A DNA stretch of 64,000 nt. Source: Patescibacteria group bacterium. Lineage in GTDB: Bacteria; Patescibacteriota; Microgenomatia; 2-02-FULL-39-11. The stretch covers positions 167,802 through 231,801 of the forward strand of contig JAMCUI010000009.1 in NCBI GenBank assembly GCA_023379265.1, in the 5' to 3' direction. The position numbers and the translations under genes were made by a program. Positions 1 to 6,815 of this stretch are shown in pieces. Every line of letters starts with the position of its first letter. Position 1 is the stretch's first letter. Below the pieces are notes generated by a model that did no database searches, was not told where the DNA came from, and worked only from the letters and a program-made list of their open reading frames with translations.

Positions 1-166
1 ATTTTTTCAAAATTTGCAGCCAAAATATCCTGAACTGCATCGCCTACTGCCCGGGGACTATTTGCTGTAGATGCAGAAAGAAAACCAGGTTGATTATTTA
101 AGAAATTTTGAATTTTGAGTTCCAGGTTTTTGTAACTGTTGCTGTAAAAAATGTTGCTTTTCTTTG

Positions 167-1195
167 TCATAAAGTTTGATTGGTAAATAGATTTCCTTGA
201 TTTAATCCAGTATTGTTGTGAATTTCTGTTTTACTTCCATTTAACTGCTCGTTTAGAGTATTTCGTTCCCAAAAAATTCCGTCTTTGTAACCTTGGATGG
301 TTTTGTCGTATTCTACAATATCTAGCCTTTTTTCAGCTAAGCAACAATAATACTTATCAATTTCCACTCCCACGTAGTGCCGTCTCAACTTTTTTGCCAC
401 TACAGAAGTTGTTCCCGATCCCAGAAACGGATCAAAAACAATATCCCCTGGTTTGGAGCTGGCAAGAATAATTTTGGCGATAAGCTTTTCAGGTTTTTGA
501 GTGGGGTGCTCAGTATTTTCAGGCATAGACCAGAAGGGGATAGTGATATCGGTCCATAAATTGGATGGATGGGTAATTCTGTATTTTCCATCATTTTCCA
601 TCCTCCAGTCTTTTGCTTTTCCGGTCGAATCTCGGTAGGGTGCTATTACCTTGCGCTTCATTTTTACCGCCTCCACGTCAAAATAATAATCATTTGACAT
701 AGTACAGAACCAAATATCTTCGGAACAATTTTTCCAATTATGTTTAGCTCCTCTACCTTTTTCTCTTTCCCAAGTAATTCTGTTTTGTACCCGAAAATGT
801 TTCCTAACCACGTTATTGATCGCACCTGAAGATTTCCAGTCACCGCAGATATAGATTGATGCTTTTGGTTTTAAGACCTTCTTTATCTTGGTAAGCCATG
901 ATGCAAGCCATTTTTCATAGTTTTCTGAATCCATTTCTTTGAAAGAAGTCTCATTAAACGATTTATTTAAGTTGTACGGAGGATCGATAAAGGCTAAATC
1001 TACAAACTTATCCGGCAAGTAATTGATGATTTCAAATAAATCTTGATTTATTGTCCTATCAAGAATTGTTTTTAGTTTAACCTTTGCAGTGAGCTTGACA
1101 AATCTATTTTGAAACTTTCCGATTTCTTCCGCGTTTAAGTGGATAGTTCTGTTACGTAGTGCACGAATTTTGGGAAGGGATTTTTTGTCCGGCAT
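167..1195 (-). CDS. DNA methyltransferase, N6-adenine/N4-cytosine family (beta-class, pfam01555-like)
   Basis: FIDPPYNL (motif IV DPPY) lies N-terminal to PTQKPEKL...DPFLGSGTT (motif I FxGxG), which is the beta-class order. The 342-aa ORF has a ~90-aa C-terminal extension. Confidence 0.8.
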   Translation of the reverse strand: MPDKKSLPKIRALRNRTIHLNAEEIGKFQNRFVKLTAKVKLKTILDRTINQDLFEIINYLPDKFVDLAFIDPPYNLNKSFNETSFKEMDSENYEKWLASWLTKIKKVLKPKASIYICGDWKSSGAINNVVRKHFRVQNRITWEREKGRGAKHNWKNCSEDIWFCTMSNDYYFDVEAVKMKRKVIAPYRDSTGKAKDWRMENDGKYRITHPSNLWTDITIPFWSMPENTEHPTQKPEKLIAKIILASSKPGDIVFDPFLGSGTTSVVAKKLRRHYVGVEIDKYYCCLAEKRLDIVEYDKTIQGYKDGIFWERNTLNEQLNGSKTEIHNNTGLNQGNLFTNQTL

Positions 1196-1379
1196 AGCTT
1201 TTTCATTATAGAATATTATTTACTTTATACAATCTTTCCTCAGGGGATAATTAGTATTACGCTTTGTTAACCGTTTAGATGAGATATGAATAATCACAAT
1301 TATAATTACTCATAACTACATCTAAACGGCCATTTTGCTGAAAACTTTTTCCTTTCGGAAAAACAATGGCCGCTAGGCC

Positions 1380-1410
1380 AAGAGTCTCCCCAGAAATCAG
1401 GGAGACTCTT
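1380..1410 (-). terminator. Perfect 11-bp inverted repeat (aagagtctccc / gggagactctt), likely a terminator for the membrane-protein gene
   Basis: Seen in sequence. It lies just downstream (minus strand) of the stop at 1421. Read on the minus strand the hairpin is followed by ...ccattgttttt. Confidence 0.35.
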
Positions 1411-1420
1411 ATCGGATTCC

Positions 1421-1966
1421 TTACGCTTGGTGGGGATGATACATCAAGTTGTAAACTTTCATTGCGACAGTCAGAAAAACCATCCCCAAAAGCATAATGA
1501 GAAATCCTTGCCCGTCGGCAGACTGGATTGTGACGATTGGATCGTTGTTGTTCATCGAAAACAACCCAATCCCCATGAGTGTCCAGAGCGCAATTGAGAA
1601 AACGCTCGTGATAGTTTTGAACCGGTCAGGTTTGAAAAAGCCGAGGTTGGCAATCATCTTGTCGACGCCCAAAGTCAACACTAGGATTGCCAGACCTTGA
1701 TCAGTCTTGGAAATCACGTCAATGTTGACCAACCATAGCATTCCAAAGACCGAAACGATCACTCCTGCCCCAAACTTCGTACCTGCGGACACAATCTTGT
1801 ACTCGGTTAAACCGAGCGCAAAAATTGCGATCGTGTCCATTGTCAGCGGAAACGCAAGGTTCGCTGCAACCTTTTGATCAACCATGGTAGATGGGTATAG
1901 TACAGCACCCACCCCAACAATAGCGAGAATCCATGGGATCAACGAGATCACTCTTCGAACAAACAT
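1421..1966 (-). CDS. hypothetical polytopic membrane protein
   Basis: A 181-aa ORF with 5-6 hydrophobic helices. No recognisable motif. Confidence 0.45.
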   Translation of the reverse strand: MFVRRVISLIPWILAIVGVGAVLYPSTMVDQKVAANLAFPLTMDTIAIFALGLTEYKIVSAGTKFGAGVIVSVFGMLWLVNIDVISKTDQGLAILVLTLGVDKMIANLGFFKPDRFKTITSVFSIALWTLMGIGLFSMNNNDPIVTIQSADGQGFLIMLLGMVFLTVAMKVYNLMYHPHQA

Positions 1967-2248
1967 TGTGTCCTCCTTCAGGATTTTGAGTCTACAAACT
2001 TTTTTGCCATCTCATGATAGCCCGAAAACTAAAGTCAATTAAATTAACTTTAAGTTACGAGCTATCAGATCATACCGGGTCTTTCAGCAAAATGTTAAAG
2101 AGCAATAAAACCGCCAAAATCGAGCAGCTATAAGCTCTATTTTGTGGAAAGGATTATAAAGGAAATAAAGAAAGATGTCAAATACTATAGGGTATATAAT
2201 ATTAAGAAAAAATCAGGATCACATATTTTTAGATGATATAATTTATTA

Positions 2249-2710
2249 ATGAGAATACCGTATATATTGTTTACATCAAGTGGACTGGAAAAGATAAAAA
2301 AGGAAAAGGAAGAACTTCTTCTTAGGCGACCGACGGCTGTGGAAAACCTTCGTATTGCCCGGGAAATGGGAGATCTGTCGGAAAACGGGGCTTACAAGGC
2401 TGCACGCGCAGAATTATCTTCTCTAGACTCAAGATTGAGGCATCTAAATTATTTGCTATGTGTTGGTAGAGTTCAGACTGCACCTATAGTGAAAGGAAGG
2501 ATAGGCATTGGTTCAAAGGTCAAACTATCTGATGGAAAAAAGGAAATGGAATATGAGATTGTCGGCAGTTTTGAATCAGATCCATCCCAAGGTAGAATTT
2601 CCCATATTTCACCTTTGGGGAAAAGTCTGATGGGAAAAGGACAGGGGGAAAATGTAACCATGCAAACTCCGGATAGTGTTGTTAACTATAAAGTATTACA
2701 GATCTTGTAG
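2249..2710 (+). CDS. greA: transcription elongation factor GreA (paralog 1)
   Basis: N-terminal coiled-coil LTxxGLEKIKKEKEEL..RRP plus GDLSENGAYKAAR (acidic tip residues D/E conserved), and a C-terminal FKBP-like domain ending ISxxSPLGKSLMGK. The stop codon overlaps the 3' end of the tRNA. Confidence 0.8.
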   Translation: MRIPYILFTSSGLEKIKKEKEELLLRRPTAVENLRIAREMGDLSENGAYKAARAELSSLDSRLRHLNYLLCVGRVQTAPIVKGRIGIGSKVKLSDGKKEMEYEIVGSFESDPSQGRISHISPLGKSLMGKGQGENVTMQTPDSVVNYKVLQIL

Positions 2711-2781
2711 CGCGTACCGGATTCGAACCGGTGATTTGCTGGTTGAGAACCAGCCGTCCTAGGCCTCTAGACGAACGCGCC
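2708..2781 (-). tRNA. tRNA-Glu (anticodon CUC)
   Basis: The reverse complement reads GGCGCGT-TC-GTCTAGAGGCCTAGGAC-G-GCTGG-TTCTCAA-CCAGC-AAAT-CACCGG-TTCGAAT-CCGGT-ACGCGCT-A. It has a 7-bp acceptor stem (G1-U72 wobble), a GTCTAGAGGCC D-arm typical of tRNA-Glu, a T-loop TTCGAAT, and anticodon loop TT-CTC-AA. Confidence 0.75.
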
Positions 2782-3011
2782 AAAAATATGCTTCGCCATT
2801 AACTTAATTATTCTTTTAGCCGTCTTTTAAGATTATTTGTATAGGGCCAGAATATATTTTATTACTGATTTTGCTTCTTAATAAATAGACATAATACAGG
2901 ATAAATCTCTACCCTAAACCAAAGCTTAGTACGGTTTAGAGGACGATGGCGGCGATTTGTTTATAGATTATATCACAAGATTTGAGTTCACCCCTTTTTA
3001 CCTATAGGATA

Positions 3012-3040
3012 TTGACAATAGTCGTGAAAAAAGGTATATT
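3012..3040 (+). promoter_or_regulatory. sigma70-like promoter (TTGACA, 17-nt spacer, TATATT) upstream of the second greA
   Basis: -35 TTGACA at 3012-3017 and -10 TATATT at 3035-3040 with exactly 17 nt between them. The leader to the ATG at 3213 would be ~165 nt. Confidence 0.4.
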
Positions 3041-3212
3041 ATGATCTGTTAATTTGACCTCTTGAGCTTCATTTCGACTATTTCTAGCCCAGACTTGAGG
3101 AAGAGATAATCTAGAGAAGAAATGAATTGCTAGCCACAAATTCTCCTTCAGCTATTGCTTCAGGGGTATTATTGGTAAAAGAGGAGAAAAGTTTAGTAGA
3201 AGGAAAATAAAT

Positions 3213-3677
3213 ATGGATAAAAATCAAAAAGTAGTTCTGACGAGAGAAGGTCTTTCTGAGCTGAAAAAAGAATACGACGAACTCGTAAACGTCAAAAGGC
3301 CTGATCTTGTAGCAAGGCTTGCCACAGCCCGCGGTCAGGGAGATCTATCCGAAAACAGTGAATATGCCGCTGCACGTCAGGATTTGGCCTTTATTGATGG
3401 CCGCATTTCCGAACTTGAAGCGGTTATTGCTGAGGCAAAAGTAGTTGCCAGCCATCCTAAGAGCAAGATAGATGTTGGTTGTAAAGTGACTTTACATGTT
3501 AATGGCAAGAAGGAAGCATTTTTGATAGTCGGAGAATGGGAAGCAGATCCGGCACAGAAAAAAATCTCACATTCTTCACCTTTGGGCAAAGCCCTTTTGG
3601 GCAAAAAGGTAGGAGAAATGGTGGAAGTGGAAGCGCCTGTGGGTAAGTTGAAATACAAAATATTAAACATTGAATAA
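3213..3677 (+). CDS. greA: transcription elongation factor GreA (paralog 2)
   Basis: VVLTREGLSELKKEYDELVNVKRPDLVARLATARGQGDLSENSEYAAARQ. Full-length 154 aa with a GreA C-terminal domain. Confidence 0.85.
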   Translation: MDKNQKVVLTREGLSELKKEYDELVNVKRPDLVARLATARGQGDLSENSEYAAARQDLAFIDGRISELEAVIAEAKVVASHPKSKIDVGCKVTLHVNGKKEAFLIVGEWEADPAQKKISHSSPLGKALLGKKVGEMVEVEAPVGKLKYKILNIE

Positions 3678-3698
3678 AATCATATTTGATCACAAAAG

Positions 3699-3722
3699 AG
3701 CCGGCGCAAGCCGGTTTTTTTG
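3699..3722 (+). terminator. rho-independent terminator
   Basis: aGCCGGC-GCAA-GCCGGtt hairpin (7 bp, GNRA tetraloop) followed by an 8-nt T-run, 20 nt after the greA stop. Confidence 0.7.
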
Positions 3723-3776
3723 TATATATTACCTTGCAACATTAACTTTATTATTAGATAATAGGTATCAATTCAT

Positions 3777-5993
3777 ATGCCGACAATTGACGATTTACGA
3801 CAAATCAGGATAGACAAACTGGAAAAGCTCAGGAAAATGGGGATAGATCCGTATCCGGCCAAAGTAGAAAGAGGGGAAAGTTTGGCTATTGCACGCGATA
3901 GGCTTGAAAAGCCGGTAAAAGTCATAGGTAGAATTGTGGCCATGCGTGGACATGGCGGGCTGATTTTTGCAGATATCGTTGACGAAAGCGGGAAAATTCA
4001 AGTAGCCTGTAAGGAAGATCAATTGGAGGAAAAAGCCTTTGAGCTGCTGCCCCTTCTAGATATAGGCGATTTTATTGCTGTCCAGGGGAACGTGGGAAAA
4101 ACTGTAGCAGGAGAGGTTACTGTTTTTGCTGATAGATTGCAGATTATTACTAAATCTCTAAACCCGTTGCCTGATAGGTGGTACGGTCTTAAAGACATTG
4201 AAGAGCGTTACCGCAAGCGTTATGTGGACATGCTTTTGAACCGGGAGGTAAAAGATCGGCTGACAAAGCGAAGCCAGGTAATTGGAGCGATGAGGGAATT
4301 TCTTATAAAAAGAGGTTTTATTGAGGTTGAAACTCCCACATTGCAGCCTATTTATGGTGGAGGGTTTGCCAGGCCTTTTGTCACACATCACAACGTTTTG
4401 GATACTGATTTTTATCTTCGTATTTCTGATGAGATGTACTTAAAAAGGCTTATCGTAGGAGGTTTTGAGAAGGTTTTTGAAATTACAAAGGTTTTCCGCA
4501 ACGAAGGAATCGATCACGACCATAATCCGGAATTTACCATGTTTGAGGCACAGATTGCTTATGAAGATTACAGTTTTGGGATGGATATTACAGAGGAAAT
4601 TATTGAATACACTGCCAAAAAAATCCTAGGTAAAACCGCTTTTTCCTATCAGGGTACGGCAATGGAGGTGGCGCGTCCCTGGCAAAGATACAAACTTACT
4701 GAAGCAATTAGTCGTTTTACCGGTTTTGATCCGATGAAATGGCAGACATTGAGTGAAGCCCGTGAGGCTGTAAGACAAATGGATATTCCGGAAGATAAGC
4801 TTTCTCTTATGAAACAGGTGAGAACTTTGGGAGAAATGATAGCCTTTGCTTTTGAACACGCAGTGGAGAAAAAACTTATGCAGCCCACAATTATTTATGA
4901 TTTTCCAATTGAGGTTTCTCCACTTGCAAAAAAATGCGACGATCCCCGGTTTACCCAACGGTTTGAAGTGTTTGCATTTGGTTCTGAATTGGGAAATAAC
5001 TATACAGAACTCAATGACCCTTTGGATCTCTTAAAAAGATTTATAGAAGAGAAAAAAAGGGAAGCGGCAGGTTTTGCTGAAGCCCAACAGACAGATTACG
5101 ATTATATTGAGGCTATAGAGCACGGGTTTCCTCCAACGTGCGGTTTAGGTATTGGTATTGATCGATTAGTGATGCTTTTGACTGACGCCAAAAACATAAA
5201 AGAAGTAATACCTTTTCCGACACTGCGTCCACAGCAGCCAAGCGGACACGAAAAAAAGGTTGAAGCGCAGGATAGTCAGGTTAAGATAGATAATGTCAAT
5301 ATTATTTCCAAACCTGATTATTTCAGCATTTCAGCTGATTTGGGGAAAGCATTTCCTTCATTGTCTGTTGGTATTGCTCTTATTAAAGGTGTAAATATAA
5401 AAAAAAGCGATCCGGCACTTGAACTTGAGAAAGAAAATTTCCTGGAACTCTTAACGGGATTGACTAATGACGTGATTAGCGGTTATAAGGAAGTATTAAG
5501 CTATAGGAAGCTCTATAAGGCTATGGGTGTCGATTGGCATTCCCGCCGTCCTTCTCCTGAAGCGCTTTTGCGCCGTGTATCCCAGGGGAAAGGACTTTAT
5601 ACAGTAAATACTTGTGTTGACGCTTATAACTTGGTTGTAATGAAGAACAGGGTCTCGGTTGGCGCTTTTGACGCAAAAAACGTACACTTTCCTACCGTAT
5701 TGCGTTTTGCTGCAGGGGGAGATGAGATACTTCTTTTAGGAGATAAGGAGCCAACAAAATATACTGTTTGGGAGTTAGCCTATTATGACAAGTTGGGCGG
5801 GTTTAATATAGATTTCAATTATCGTGATGCACAAAGGACTATGGTGACAGAGGAAACAAAAGACATATGGATAAATGTTGATGGTATATTTGATATAATA
5901 CCTTCTCAAGTTGAAGAAAGCCTTAAGTTATCTGTAAATTTAATAAGGAAATACTGCGGCGGCGATGTCGAATTTATGGGTGTCGTAGTATAG
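3777..5993 (+). CDS. lysS: lysyl-tRNA synthetase (class II) fused to a C-terminal PheT-type B3/4 domain
   Basis: The N-terminal ~500 aa carry the anticodon-binding OB fold and class II motifs (FRNEGIDHDHNPEFTMFEA; GFPPTCGLGIGIDRLVMLL). Residues ~520-738 (VNTCVDAYNLVVMKNRVSVGAFDAKNV...VLRFAAGGDEILLLGDKEP...) match the B3/4 domain of Phe-tRNA synthetase beta. Confidence 0.85.
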   Translation: MPTIDDLRQIRIDKLEKLRKMGIDPYPAKVERGESLAIARDRLEKPVKVIGRIVAMRGHGGLIFADIVDESGKIQVACKEDQLEEKAFELLPLLDIGDFIAVQGNVGKTVAGEVTVFADRLQIITKSLNPLPDRWYGLKDIEERYRKRYVDMLLNREVKDRLTKRSQVIGAMREFLIKRGFIEVETPTLQPIYGGGFARPFVTHHNVLDTDFYLRISDEMYLKRLIVGGFEKVFEITKVFRNEGIDHDHNPEFTMFEAQIAYEDYSFGMDITEEIIEYTAKKILGKTAFSYQGTAMEVARPWQRYKLTEAISRFTGFDPMKWQTLSEAREAVRQMDIPEDKLSLMKQVRTLGEMIAFAFEHAVEKKLMQPTIIYDFPIEVSPLAKKCDDPRFTQRFEVFAFGSELGNNYTELNDPLDLLKRFIEEKKREAAGFAEAQQTDYDYIEAIEHGFPPTCGLGIGIDRLVMLLTDAKNIKEVIPFPTLRPQQPSGHEKKVEAQDSQVKIDNVNIISKPDYFSISADLGKAFPSLSVGIALIKGVNIKKSDPALELEKENFLELLTGLTNDVISGYKEVLSYRKLYKAMGVDWHSRRPSPEALLRRVSQGKGLYTVNTCVDAYNLVVMKNRVSVGAFDAKNVHFPTVLRFAAGGDEILLLGDKEPTKYTVWELAYYDKLGGFNIDFNYRDAQRTMVTEETKDIWINVDGIFDIIPSQVEESLKLSVNLIRKYCGGDVEFMGVVV

Positions 5994-6002
5994 TGACAAA
6001 TT

Positions 6003-6566
6003 ATGAATATTGAAGAAGCCAGAAAACTATTACATCTTCATATGCAAAATACCAATCTTCGTAGGCACTGTTATTCGGTGGCTGCTGTCATGAGAGCATT
6101 GGCTTGCCATTTTAATGAAGATGAGGACGTGTGGGAAGTGGTAGGTCTTTTACATGATGGGGATTATGAAGAGGTAAAAAAAGACCCTTCGCAACATACA
6201 CTTCTGATGCATAAATGGCTTGTTGAGGCAGGAGAGAAGGATGAAAGGATATTTTCTGCTATCCTTTCCCATAATTTTGTCCATACCGGAAAAAATCCGC
6301 CCAAAAATAAATTAGAATGGTCCCTTTACTGTTGTGATGAGTTGACAGGACTTATTGTAGCTGTTGCATTGGTCCGTCCTGACAAAAAACTATCCTCAGT
6401 GACGGTTGAATCAGTTCAGAAAAAGTGGGGGAAAAGCGAGTTTGCCGCTGGTGTTGATCGTAACCAGATAGCAAAATGTGAGGAAATATTGGGTATAAAG
6501 TTGCCTGAATTTATCGGAATTGCCCTTTCTTCCATGCAGTCAATTTCCTCAGAGCTGGGGTTGTAG
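6003..6566 (+). CDS. HD-domain phosphohydrolase
   Basis: H...(RRHCYSVAAVM) and LLHDGDY HD motif. 187 aa. Confidence 0.6.
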   Translation: MNIEEARKLLHLHMQNTNLRRHCYSVAAVMRALACHFNEDEDVWEVVGLLHDGDYEEVKKDPSQHTLLMHKWLVEAGEKDERIFSAILSHNFVHTGKNPPKNKLEWSLYCCDELTGLIVAVALVRPDKKLSSVTVESVQKKWGKSEFAAGVDRNQIAKCEEILGIKLPEFIGIALSSMQSISSELGL

Positions 6567-6612
6567 CCAGAAGTTATTTTAATTTAAGGTTTCTGCTGTT
6601 AGAAAGCTGCTC

Positions 6613-6705
6613 GTAATGTAAATTTACTTGATCGCAAGGGTGGTAGATCTTAATATGAAAGTTGGAGTAAGAGTTCCGTATGCGATCTTCGAAAATTTAC
6701 AATTA
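6613..6705 (+). repeat. copy A of a recurrent intergenic element (core GGAgTAAGaGTtCcTATgTGCGATCTT), bounded by inverted arms gtaatgtaaatt / aatttaca
   Basis: Seen in sequence. It shares the gtaatgtaaatt 5' block and a ~30-nt core with copy B (58241..58385); the same core recurs at 20867..20896. Confidence 0.4.
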
Positions 6706-6777
6706 CTTCGCATCTTCTTGATCGTTTAGGGTTGCTCATTCGATCAAAGATTTTCAGATTATATACTCATGTGACAT

Positions 6778-6806
6778 TTGAGCTTTGAGCTTTGAAATTT
6801 TATAAT
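6778..6806 (+). promoter_or_regulatory. candidate sigma70 promoter for secA (TTGAGC, 17-nt spacer, TATAAT)
   Basis: -35 at 6778-6783 and a perfect -10 TATAAT at 6801-6806, which would give a near-leaderless secA (ATG at 6816). Direct repeat gagctttga x2. Confidence 0.35.
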
Positions 6807-6815
6807 TAGATACCT

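Noticed and set aside
377-594. Small ORFs nested within or opposite the methyltransferase gene
   Set aside because: They are embedded in a well-supported 342-aa CDS and have no independent signals.
2708-2781. Alternative identity of the tRNA (for example Gln/Lys) or alternative acceptor-stem register starting at G2
   Set aside because: The GTCTAGAGGCC D-arm and CUC anticodon in a 7-nt loop fit tRNA-Glu. The G2 register gives a T-T mismatch, so the G1-U72 wobble register is preferred.
4158-5034. Several 60-110-aa ORFs antisense or out-of-frame within lysS, secA, atpA, atpD
   Set aside because: They are shadow ORFs inside strongly supported housekeeping genes.
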